Source of the DNA: Amoebidium appalachense
Lineage: Eukaryota > Protista > Ichthyosporea
Direction: 5' to 3'
DNA: 64,000 bases
NCBI GenBank assembly: GCA_963693365.1
Contig: CAVNZM010000003.1
Coordinates: forward strand, 14,230,914 to 14,294,913
Under the pieces are notes generated by a model. The model worked only from the letters and a program-made list of their open reading frames with translations, searched no databases and had not been told where the DNA came from. Below are positions 24,849 through 36,607 of the stretch, one piece after another (within the stretch, counting starts at the first letter, position 1; the number at the start of each line of letters is the position of its first letter). The position numbers were made by a program, and so were the translations under genes.

Positions 24849-25520
24849 ACACTGCTGCAGCTGTTCAACAGTTATGGTGTAGGGCATGTACACAAAGTTA
24901 GCCACAAACACTATTCACGACTGCTAGCATGCACGAACACTGCTGCAGCTGTTCAACAGTTATGGTGTAGGGCATGTACACAAAGTTAGCCACAAACACT
25001 ATTCACGACTGCTAGCATGCACGGTGACTGAGTCTGTGTGTCCTTGTACATAACGTGAATGTTTGGCATGCACAGTCTGTGTTTCTCTGTGCACAACGTG
25101 AAAGTTACATGTCAGATATGTGTATTGTGTGTGTGCGTGTTTGTGTTTGTGCACGCGCAGGGTTGCTTATGTGCACAGTCACTACTACACTGACCTACAG
25201 GGCCTCTCATGATTTTAGCACGTGATTAGACCTCTCATGATTTTAGCACGTGATTTCCAATCCCCAGACTGTTTGATTTATTTTAGAATTTGGATCGAAA
25301 TTGTGTAATGATGTCATTTCATATGTATTTTTCAACTAGATTCGAATAGGTCGAGTCCAAACTAGATGTGTGGATGTCTAACAAAGACTAGACACTTGTG
25401 ATTTATTTTGGAAATGGGTTCGAAATTGTGTAATGATGTCATTTCATATGTATTTTTCAACTAGAATCGAATAGGTCGAGTCAAAGCTAGATGTGTGGCT
25501 GTCTAACAGAGACTAGACAT
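24849..25520. repeat. Three consecutive local tandem duplications (~88, ~29 and ~126 bp) in an MTase intron
   Basis: acactgctgcagctgttcaacag... x2 (24849/24937); cctctcatgattttagcacgtgatt x2; tcgaaattgtgtaatgatgtcatttcatatg... x2. Confidence 0.85.
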
Positions 25521-25891
25521 TTGAACTCTCTCTCCTGCCTCTTTAACTCAAAGAAAGTCAATCCTTTCCATTTCTTAAGTTGTTTTTATGAATCTTTGAG
25601 TCTTTCATTCCCTTTCTTTCTTGACTTCTTTTTTTCTAAGCTTGAACCATAATTAAGGACTGAATCCGGGTTTTTTTTTGCAGAAACCTGTTAACATGGA
25701 GAGAGCACTCATCCGTCGCTACTGCCCCCCAAACGGGCACGTTCTGTCGCTATGTTGTGGCACCGGCATGGTGGTTGAGGCTGCGGCAATGGAGCGCCAC
25801 AGTGTGATTGGTTTCGACACGGACGCTGCTCTGTGTGAGAAGGTGACCAAGGAGCGCATGCCAAGCGCTGAGCTACACAGCCAAGTGTATC

Positions 25892-26645
25892 TGTTGTTCT
25901 GTACGGGTCTAAGGGAGCAGAGTGCACAGAGGTGTCATGTAAAAACACGACTAACACATTAATGAGAGGGCAATCGGAGTTGTTCACGAGACATTGAAAG
26001 ATTTCAAACAACAACTGAATCTTTATTGTGCTCTCGGTTCCTTTTGTACTTGCGACTTATCACCTTATCACAACTAAAGAGGGAGAACCAATCGGTTCTA
26101 TCAGAAGATAGAAAAACACATTCCGACAGAGCATACGCATTCCAACTTCCGATTAAACTAAAGTGTAGAAACTCTTACTTAAATAAATTAAGTAATTATA
26201 CATCTAGTCACTATTAACTCACATATATATTTATGTTCGTCTCTATAAAGAAACTTATTTAAATACATATATTTCCTAACAGTCGACACTCTCAAAGTGA
26301 AGACACTTTGCAATAAACCGAATTCCATATATATCTATTGTCCAATCACAACACACATATATTAACAGACAGGAATGCACAACACAATCTACAGATGTAC
26401 TCGCTCGCGACTATTGGCGAGCCATCCTTTTGAGAACAAACTAGGCCATTTTGAAATAAAGGAAAGACAACGAGTGAGGCTAGCCAATCACGCTACCTCT
26501 CAGATAAACAGAGGAGAGCAACTAGAAATAAAACACAATAAGTTCTTATCAGGCAAGAGAGCCAGGTGTGCACAGATCTACAGATATCTGTGCCCACAGA
26601 AACAAGGGAGAGAGAGATACGGGGGGGGGGGGGGGGGGGGGGGGG

Positions 26646-26676
<31 letters not shown>

Positions 26677-26813
26677 GGGGAGAGAGAGGGAGAGAGAGAG
26701 AGAGAGGGAGAGAGAGAGAGCACAAAGGAGGAAAGCAGACACGAATACAAACAAGCTAGGACACATACATACTTCAAGGCTCTTGCTGTCATACATGGTG
26801 ACGTATTCCAACA
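25892..26813 (-). repeat. 3' LTR (~920 bp) of the copia element
   Basis: Near-identical to 35691-36607; contains poly-G and (GA)n tracts. Confidence 0.95.
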
Positions 26814-27531
26814 TCCCCACTCAAGGGGTTGAAGTTTGTGTTCTCGTGTCTGTTGATGTGACGGTAGATGGGGTCCAAACACAGGAGGGGCCGTCACACT
26901 CAAGTTTCCCCACTCGAGGATGCAAACCGAAGATCCTTGAGGTGGGAAGGAGAGAATCAAAACTGAAGAGGCACACAACGACGGTTGCCTCTGAAGACTC
27001 GAAATAAGAAATCATGGTGGTTATCGGCGATATATATATATAGATAGGAAACACTAGTGTATGTGTGACGTGTTGGTGGCTAATGGTTTATACTGGGGAC
27101 CACCCAGGTAAACACAAGACATGAACATCTTGTGGACTGATTTATAGACTGGTGGTCAACCAGTTAAGACACGGGGAAGGTGCATCCCGTGGACTAGGTT
27201 TAGACTGGCAGTCAACCAGCACGTCATGGCTATAGATAATTATTTATACTGGGACGCCATCCCAGTTCGACATATATATAAGTCGAATATAGAAGAAAAC
27301 CAATATATATGGTGGGATATGAATATAAATAAACGACGGATGGTGGAGAATAATCCCCACTGAAGATGCACACATATGACGATGGAAGACTGAGTCCCCA
27401 CTGATGAAGAGAAACGATGAGGAGTAGTAGACTTTCGTTGGGAGGCATCTTGATCACCGTAGGTGTGTCAACTGCTGTCTAGGGCCCCAACCTACTCAGA
27501 AACCACTCGATGATGAACACCAGTGCACGGG

Positions 27532-29615
27532 TCAGTCACGGAGACTGAGGTTGGCACGGTGTGTGTCGTGGGCCGTACCAGCCAGAGGCTTGGTGAAGAT
27601 GTCGGCCAGGTTCTTCTTGGTGTCGATGTAGGTGACAGTGACGTCCCCACTGTTGATGTAGTCCTTTGTGTTGAAGTAACGAACGGCAATGTGCTTGGTC
27701 CGGTGCTTGATGGTGTTGGAGTGGACCAGAGCAATGGTGGACTGATTGTCACAGTACACGGGGGTGGGCTCGGTCATGGGGTAGCCCAGCTCCTTTAGTA
27801 GATCACGGTGCCAGACAACATCTTGCACGGCAGCATTGAGGGCCAGGAGCTCGGCCTCACACGTGGAGGTTGCAGTGATCGTCTGCAGCTTGGAGTGGTA
27901 GGTGACGGGGGAGCCTTCGAGGAGGATGACGTACCCAGACGTGGAACGACGGGTGGTGGGGCAACCAGCAAAGTCAGAATCCGAGTAGCACTCAAGGATG
28001 GGCACCTTGCTGTTGGGGGCCTTCTTCTTGTAGTAGAGGCCGAGGTTGATGGTGCCGAGCAGGTAACGAACGACACGGAGGAGAAGCTCCCAGGCAGTCT
28101 TGGTGGGCTTGGAGCTGAATCGGCCGAGGTAGCCAATGGCATACGAGATGTCAGGCCGGGAGCACCGAGCAACCCACAGCAGACGGCCGAGGAGTTCACG
28201 GTAGGGGACGGTGGTGGGCAGGGATGAGTGGGAGGTCTCGTTGATGATGGTGCCCACGGGAATAGGGGGGGCCTTAGGCTTGGCATCGACCAGGTTGAAG
28301 TCGGTGATGATGTCCTCGATGTAGGAGGACTGCAGCAGCTTGAGGGAGTCACGGGTGTACAGCAGTTGGGTGCCGAGGAAGATGTCTGGCAGACCGACCT
28401 TGCACTCGGCAGACTTCGTGATGTGACGAACAAGCCCCTGCATGATGGTGGAGTTCCGTGTGCAGGTGATGATGGCATCATCAACGTAGTTGCCCGAACG
28501 GATGATGTGCCCGTTGGGGAACTGACGGAAGTAGACACACGGATCGGAACGGAGACGGGTGAGGCCGTGGGCAATGAGAATGGAGTTGAAGAACTCGTAC
28601 CATGCCAGGGATGCCTTCTTGAGTCCGTAGATGGCCTTCTTGAGTTTCCAGACTTTGTGTTCATTGCCATGGAGGATAAAACCAGGAGGTTGCTCCATGT
28701 ACAAAGTCTCGTCGAGGGGGCTGTTGAGGAAGGCCGTGCTGATGTCGAGTTGATGGATCTCGTGGTCCTGTTGCACACCGAGGGCAAGCAGGGCACGGAC
28801 GGAGGAGGACATGACGACGGGGGAAGAGTTTTCACCGTAGTCAACACCGTAGACTTGGGTGAAACCCTTGGCCACACCACGACCCTTGATCTTGGTGTCA
28901 CCAGCAGAGTTGAGGACCTTCTCCGTGACAATCCACTTGAATCGGATGATGTTGGCATCGGAGGGGGGCTCAACTACGTCGAAGATGTCCTTGTCGATGA
29001 AAGCCTTGTACTCGGCAGTGAGGGCAGTCACCACTTCATCACCCTTGGTGCCAGAGCACAGCTTCTGAATTGACCGGGGCAGCTGAGACACATCAAGGCT
29101 GGGTCGGGAGATGCTCACCATAGCCATAGCAGGCCGGGAGGAGAGACGGGAGGAACGACGGGGAACGGTACGGAGGGGCTCAGGGGCCGGGGGGTTGTCT
29201 GTGACAGACACTCGGTGGTCGGGGATGGGGGCCTGGAAGCCAGGGATGGGTGCCGTGTTGAGGGGGGAGTCGGATAACACGGGGCTGGACGGGGCCGAGT
29301 GGAACTCCGGAGACCCAGGACGAACCGGGGTGAGATGACCAGGTAGGTGGTCATTGACGGCAGGGGCCGGCAGCAGGGGTTGCTGACCGGTGGGGGGGGG
29401 GGTGGGTGGAGCCACGGGGGCAGGTACACGACGGGGGGAACGACGGATAATCACCGACGGAATTTCATCGTCATCGGAATTGGAATTTCCGGAATGCAGG
29501 GATGAATCGATTGAGGTCGTCTGATTGGTGGCCTGCACAGAAATCTGATTGGATGCCGTGGTGAATTGTGATTCGTCGAAGACGACATCGCGGTAGAGGT
29601 TGACCGTGTTGCCAC
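27532..29615 (-). pseudogene. pol: Duplicated 3' part of pol (RT + RNase H), open frame but 5'-truncated
   Basis: HQLDISTAFLN, KKAIYGLK, YVDD, YSDSDFAG, YCDNQS, RTKHI, NLADIFTKPL; offset 3618 bp from the copy at 31150. Confidence 0.92.
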
Positions 29616-30260
29616 AAAGATTTCAAACAACAACTGAATCTTTATTGTGCTCTCGGTTCCTTTTGTACTTGCGACTTATCACCTTATCACAACTAAAGAG
29701 GGAGAACCAATCGGTTCTATCAGAAGATAGAAAAACACATTCCGACAGAGCATACGCATTCCAACTTCCGATTAAACTAAAGTGTAGAAACTCTTACTTA
29801 AATAAATTAAGTAATTATACATCTAGTCACTATTAACTCACATATATATTTATGTTCGTCTCTATAAAGAAACTTATTTAAATACATATATTTCCTAACA
29901 GTCGACACTCTCAAAGTGAAGACACTTTGCAATAAACCGAATTCCATATATATCTATTGTCCAATCACAACACACATATATTAACAGACAGGAATGCACA
30001 ACACAATCTACAGATGTACTCGCTCGCGACTATTGGCGAGCCATCCTTTTGAGAACAAACTAGGCCATTTTGAAATAAAGGAAAGACAACGAGTGAGGCT
30101 AGCCAATCACGCTACCTCTCAGATAAACAGAGGAGAGCAACTAGAAATAAAACACAATAAGTTCTTATCAGGCAAGAGAGCCAGGTGTGCACAGATCTAC
30201 AGATATCTGTGCCCACAGAAACAAGGGAGAGAGAGATACGGGGGGGGGGGGGGGGGGGGG

Positions 30261-30293
<33 letters not shown>

Positions 30294-31149
30294 GGGGGAG
30301 AGAGAGGGAGAGAGAGAGAGAGAGGGAGAGAGAGAGAGCACAAAGGAGGAAAGCAGACACGAATACAAACAAGCTAGGACACATACATACTTCAAGGCTC
30401 TTGCTGTCATACATGGTGACGTATTCCAACATCCCCACTCAAGGGGTTGAAGTTTGTGTTCTCGTGTCTGTTGATGTGACGGTAGATGGGGTCCAAACAC
30501 AGGAGGGGCCGTCACACTCAAGTTTCCCCACTCGAGGATGCAAACCGAAGATCCTTGAGGTGGGAAGGAGAGAATCAAAACTGAAGAGGCACACAACGAC
30601 GGTTGCCTCTGAAGACTCGAAATAAGAAATCATGGTGGTTATCGGCGATATATATATATAGATAGGAAACACTAGTGTATGTGTGACGTGTTGGTGGCTA
30701 ATGGTTTATACTGGGGACCACCCAGGTAAACACAAGACATGAACATCTTGTGGACTGATTTATAGACTGGTGGTCAACCAGTTAAGACACGGGGAAGGTG
30801 CATCCCGTGGACTAGGTTTAGACTGGCAGTCAACCAGCACGTCATGGCTATAGATAATTATTTATACTGGGACGCCATCCCAGTTCGACATATATATAAG
30901 TCGAATATAGAAGAAAACCAATATATATGGTGGGATATGAATATAAATAAACGACGGATGGTGGAGAATAATCCCCACTGAAGATGCACACATATGACGA
31001 TGGAAGACTGAGTCCCCACTGATGAAGAGAAACGATGAGGAGTAGTAGACTTTCGTTGGGAGGCATCTTGATCACCGTAGGTGTGTCAACTGCTGTCTAG
31101 GGCCCCAACCTACTCAGAAACCACTCGATGATGAACACCAGTGCACGGG

Positions 31150-34100
31150 TCAGTCACGGAGACTGAGGTTGGCACGGTGTGTGTCGTGGGCCGTACCAGC
31201 CAGAGGCTTGGTGAAGATGTCGGCCAGGTTCTTCTTGGTGTCGATGTAGGTGACAGTGACGTCCCCACTGTTGATGTAGTCCTTTGTGTTGAAGTAACGA
31301 ACGGCAATGTGCTTGGTCCGGTGCTTGATGGTGTTGGAGTGGACCAGAGCAATGGTGGACTGATTGTCACAGTACACGGGGGGTGGGCTCGGTCATGGGG
31401 TAGCCCAGCTCCTTTAGTAGATCACGGTGCCAGACAACATCTTGCACGGCAGCATTGAGGGCCAGGAGCTCGGCCTCACACGTGGAGGTTGCAGTGATCG
31501 TCTGCAGCTTGGAGTGGTAGGTGACGGGGGAGCCTTCGAGGAGGATGACGTACCCAGACGTGGAACGACGGGTGGTGGGGCAACCAGCAAAGTCAGAATC
31601 CGAGTAGCACTCAAGGATGGGCACCTTGCTGTTGGGGGCCTTCTTCTTGTAGTAGAGGCCGAGGTTGATGGTGCCGAGCAGGTAACGAACGACACGGAGG
31701 AGAAGCTCCCAGGCAGTCTTGGTGGGCTTGGAGCTGAATCGGCCGAGGTAGCCAATGGCATACGAGATGTCAGGCCGGGAGCACCGAGCAACCCACAGCA
31801 GACGGCCGAGGAGTTCACGGTAGGGGACGGTGGTGGGCAGGGATGAGTGGGAGGTCTCGTTGATGATGGTGCCCACGGGAATAGGGGGGGCCTTAGGCTT
31901 GGCATCGACCAGGTTGAAGTCGGTGATGATGTCCTCGATGTAGGAGGACTGCAGCAGCTTGAGGGAGTCACGGGTGTACAGCAGTTGGGTGCCGAGGAAG
32001 ATGTCTGGCAGACCGACCTTGCACTCGGCAGACTTCGTGATGTGACGAACAAGCCCCTGCATGATGGTGGAGTTCCGTGTGCAGGTGATGATGGCATCAT
32101 CAACGTAGTTGCCCGAACGGATGATGTGCCCGTTGGGGAACTGACGGAAGTAGACACACGGATCGGAACGGAGACGGGTGAGGCCGTGGGCAATGAGAAT
32201 GGAGTTGAAGAACTCGTACCATGCCAGGGATGCCTTCTTGAGTCCGTAGATGGCCTTCTTGAGTTTCCAGACTTTGTGTTCATTGCCATGGAGGATAAAA
32301 CCAGGAGGTTGCTCCATGTACAAAGTCTCGTCGAGGGGGCTGTTGAGGAAGGCCGTGCTGATGTCGAGTTGATGGATCTCGTGGTCCTGTTGCACACCGA
32401 GGGCAAGCAGGGCACGGACGGAGGAGGACATGACGACGGGGGAAGAGTTTTCACCGTAGTCAACACCGTAGACTTGGGTGAAACCCTTGGCCACACCACG
32501 ACCCTTGATCTTGGTGTCACCAGCAGAGTTGAGGACCTTCTCCGTGACAATCCACTTGAATCGGATGATGTTGGCATCGGAGGGGGGCTCAACTACGTCG
32601 AAGATGTCCTTGTCGATGAAAGCCTTGTACTCGGCAGTGAGGGCAGTCACCACTTCATCACCCTTGGTGCCAGAGCACAGCTTCTGAATTGACCGGGGCA
32701 GCTGAGACACATCAAGGCTGGGTCGGGAGATGCTCACCATAGCCATAGCAGGCCGGGAGGAGAGACGGGAGGAACGACGGGGAACGGTACGGAGGGGCTC
32801 AGGGGCCGGGGGGTTGTCTGTGACAGACACTCGGTGGTCGGGGATGGGGGCCTGGAAGCCAGGGATGGGTGCCGTGTTGAGGGGGGAGTCGGATAACACG
32901 GGGCTGGACGGGGCCGAGTGGAACTCCGGAGACCCAGGACGAACCGGGGTGAGATGACCAGGTAGGTGGTCATTGACGGCAGGGGCCGGCAGCAGGGGTT
33001 GCTGACCGGTGGGGGGGGGGTGGGTGGAGCCACGGGGGCAGGTACACGACGGGGGGAACGACGGATAATCACCGACGGAATTTCATCGTCATCGGAATTG
33101 GAATTTCCGGAATGCAGGGATGAATCGATTGAGGTCGTCTGATTGGTGGCCTGCACAGAAATCTGATTGGATGCCGTGGTGAATTGTGATTCGTCGAAGA
33201 CGACATCGCGGTAGAGGTTGACCGTGTTGCCACGTAGATTCATGATCTTGTGGGCTTTGTTGGTGATATCCCAGCCCACGTAGGTGCCGAGTTTGACGGT
33301 AGAGGCCAACTTGTCTCGTTTGGATGCAGGGACGTGTACATAGGCTGGGCAGCCGAACACGTGCAGGTGGGAGATGTCAGGCTTGACACCGTAGAAAATT
33401 TCAAACGGTGTACGGCCATTGGCAGCTCTGGCCGGGGTCACGTTGATGATGTAGGCAGCATGCTTGAGAGCAGCTCCCCACAGTTTGGGGGAAAGGGAGT
33501 CGGCCTTGTCCTGATGAAGGAAGCACCGAACGATCTCCTGCAGATCCCTCATCTTACGTTCAACGAAGCCGTTGAGTTGGGGGCAGTCAACCGGGGCAAA
33601 TTCTTGAATGATGCCCTTGGACTGGCAGTACTGCTCCATAGCGTGGGAGGTGAACTCGGACCCAGAGTCTGAACGGAAGTGGGTCACCACCTTGTCGGGT
33701 TGCTTGTCAGTAGTCTCAACCAGGGCCTTGACGTATTCGAGAGTTTCGGATCGATCACGGAGGAGGTACACGATGGTGTAGCCGGAGGCATCACAGGTAC
33801 ACACGAGGGCCACCTTGTAGCCACCATAGGAGGCACAGGGAGGCTCGAAGAAGTCCATGTGCCACTTGGCACCGGGGAAGGGGCACTGGGTTCTGGTGCC
33901 GGAGAATGGGGCCTTGGTGGTCTTGCCGGAGACACAACCGAAGCAGTCAGTGGTGTCAGCCACTGAGAGGGATGAGGGGAGGCCTGTCACGAGGTCACCT
34001 CTCACCATCTTGGTGAGGGTGGACAGGGCACGATGGCCGAGACGGTGGTGCCAGAGCTGAGGATCATTGTTGACCTTGACGTTGGCTACCAGAGCAGTGA

Positions 34101-35571
34101 CGGTCCGAGGGATGGAGGGACGTATCTCATAGTCAGTGATGAAGTACAGTCCATCTGTGCCTGTGAGGGAACACACGATGTTGCCACCACGAGTGTAGAG
34201 GTATGATGGGAATGCATCCTCATCATCGAGGTGGGCAAGGAGACCCGACTTGGAGGCCATTGAGGGTGATATCAGGAAGGCTGGGGAGTCGGGTACATAG
34301 AGGGTGTTGAGGCTCAGTACTGATGTTACTCCGTTGTAGGTGACGGCCAGGTTGATGACACCACGGTGATGTGCAGTGACGATGCCGAGGCCGTGGACGT
34401 CAGTTGGGGGGCATGGCTCAAGAGTAGAGAAGTACTCTTTTACTGGGCACACGTGGACGTTTGAAGCCGAGTCCCAGCAGGGGTCCATGGGTAGGGAGGC
34501 CGTGGTGGACACGAGGGCAAAATGCACCTCTTTTCCAGACTTGGTGTTGGCACGGTGACGACGGGCAATTGAGCAGCCAGGTTTGTCACACTGTGTGACA
34601 TGATGGTCTTCGTGACAGTAGGCACAGTCGAGGGAGCCAGTGGTCTTGGCTCGGGGTGGCTGGGAATGACGGTTACCCCCTTTACGTGGGGGGTAGGGTG
34701 ACCGGGAACGATAGCCGGGGGAACGGGACCGTGAGTAATCACGGTCAACTGAGGGGAATCGATCGGTGGGACGACCGCGGGGGTGACGGGAGACGGAGCT
34801 GTCACGTCGGGGGATCCGGTGTCTGAGGTCGTCCTTGGTGAGTAGACGGCTTTGCAGGGCACGTGCTGTTCGGACGGTGGAGGAGGACCCGGACCCAGAG
34901 TCGATGAGACCTTCACGGATCTCTGCAGCTCTGATGTCACTCATTAGACGGTTGTAGGTCTCGTAGTTAATGGTACGACGGAAGTAGTCGGCAATCATGG
35001 CCTGGATGTCGGTACAAACTAACTTACGGTTCTTCTTGAGGTGGATGAAGAAGTTATCCACCATAGTCTTGTGAGGAATGGGCTCTTCGAGGATGTGCAG
35101 GGTAGTGCACAGACGGCGTGCCATGGTGAGGTAGGCCGTGACGGTCTTGAAGTCTTTGAGTTCAAGCTCATGGTAGTCGAGGAGGATTTGACGAGCACGA
35201 TCTTCACGTTCAGCCGCATAGGTCATACGGAGGTTGTGGAAAGCTTGGGCAGGTGACACATCATCGTGGATTTGACCAGAGTTATACAGCTCATCATTGG
35301 AGACGAGTTGAGTAAACATCTGTTCAAGGAGGTTGGAAGCCTCGGTGTAGGCCTCCTCAGTGTCGTAGCCGTGCCACTCATTCTCGTCGGAAGGGTCGAC
35401 CCACTCGGGGGCCTTGATGACGGGCACGAACTTGGCCGCGGTGGTGGTACGTAGGTACCGGAAGATGACGGGTTCCCACTGATAATAGGTGAGACGTTTG
35501 CCGGACTTCTTGTCCGTGGTGTCATCCCCTTTCCAGGGGGTGAGGTTGAGATACGCAGGTTTCTCCGACAT
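31150..35571 (-). CDS. gag-pol: Copia Gag-Pol polyprotein (Gag-PR-INT-RT-RH) with two homopolymer frameshifts (~33010, ~31380)
   Basis: Zinc knuckle CAYCHEDHHVTQC; protease WDSASNVH; LWHHRLGH...CFGC; integrase WHMDF / RSDSGSEF / NGFVER; RT YVDD; RNase H. INT precedes RT, the copia order. Confidence 0.93.
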
Positions 35572-35690
35572 GGTGATCAATCAGTCAGATGATGCGTGAG
35601 AGAGGAATCAGATCGGTATTCAAATTTGAATATTTTTGATTGCAGCGAGAGTATGTGTTTGCGAGAGCGTGCGAAAATGGGCCTTTAACC

Positions 35691-36607
35691 TGTTGTTCTG
35701 TACGGGTCTAAGGGAGCAGAGTGCACAGAGGTGTCATGTAAAAACACGACTAACACATTAATGAGAGGGCAATCGGAGTTGTTCACGAGACATTGAAAGA
35801 TTTCAAACAACAACTGAATCTTTATTGTGCTCTCGGTTCCTTTTGTACTTGCGACTTATCACCTTATCACAACTAAAGAGGGAGAACCAATCGGTTCTAT
35901 CAGAAGATAGAAAAACACATTCCGACAGAGCATACGCATTCCAACTTCCGATTAAACTAAAGTGTAGAAACTCTTACTTAAATAAATTAAGTAATTATAC
36001 ATCTAGTCACTATTAACTCACATATATATTTATGTTCGTCTCTATAAAGAAACTTATTTAAATACATATATTTCCTAACAGTCGACACTCTCAAAGTGAA
36101 GACACTTTGCAATAAACCGAATTCCATATATATCTATTGTCCAATCACAACACACATATATTAACAGACAGGAATGCACAACACAATCTACAGATGTACT
36201 CGCTCGCGACTATTGGCGAGCCATCCTTTTGAGAACAAACTAGGCCATTTTGAAATAAAGGAAAGACAACGAGTGAGGCTAGCCAATCACGCTACCTCTC
36301 AGATAAACAGAGGAGAGCAAATAGAAATAAAACACAATAAGTTCTTATCAGGCAAGAGAGCCAGGTGTGCACAGATCTACAGATATCTGTGCCCACAGAA
36401 ACAAGGGAGAGAGAGATACGGGGGGGGGGGGGGGGGGGAGAGAGAGAGAGAGAGAGAAAGAGAGGGAGAGAGAGAGAGAGAGGGAGAGAGAGAGAGAGAG
36501 GGAGAGAGAGAGAGCACAAAGGAGGAAAGCAGACACGAATACAAACAAGCTAGGACACATACATACTTCAAGGCTCTTGCTGTCATACATGGTAACGTAT
36601 TCCAACA
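35691..36607 (-). repeat. 5' LTR of the copia element
   Basis: Adjacent to the PBS and gag start; matches the 3' LTR. Confidence 0.95.

Larger units (their letters stand above)
25892..36607 (-). mobile_element. Ty1/copia LTR retrotransposon, full length, with an internal 3.6-kb tandem duplication
   Basis: TGTTG...CAACA termini; 5-bp TSD GTATC at 25887-25891 and 36608-36612. 5' LTR 35691-36607, 3' LTR 25892-26813 and an extra partial LTR ~29616-30431. PPT-like GAGTGGGGA; variant PBS GGTTAAAGGCCCA. Confidence 0.97.

Noticed and set aside
27401-27440. CTGATGA...GAAAC hammerhead-like core in the copia 3' UTR
   Set aside because: No room for stem II between the motifs, no convincing stems I and III, and it is antisense to the element.
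27795-29073. Overlapping 392-aa and 281-aa alternative-frame or antisense ORFs in pol (and 54468-55742 in pPolB)
   Set aside because: Shadow ORFs caused by strong GC3 codon bias; no recognisable motifs.
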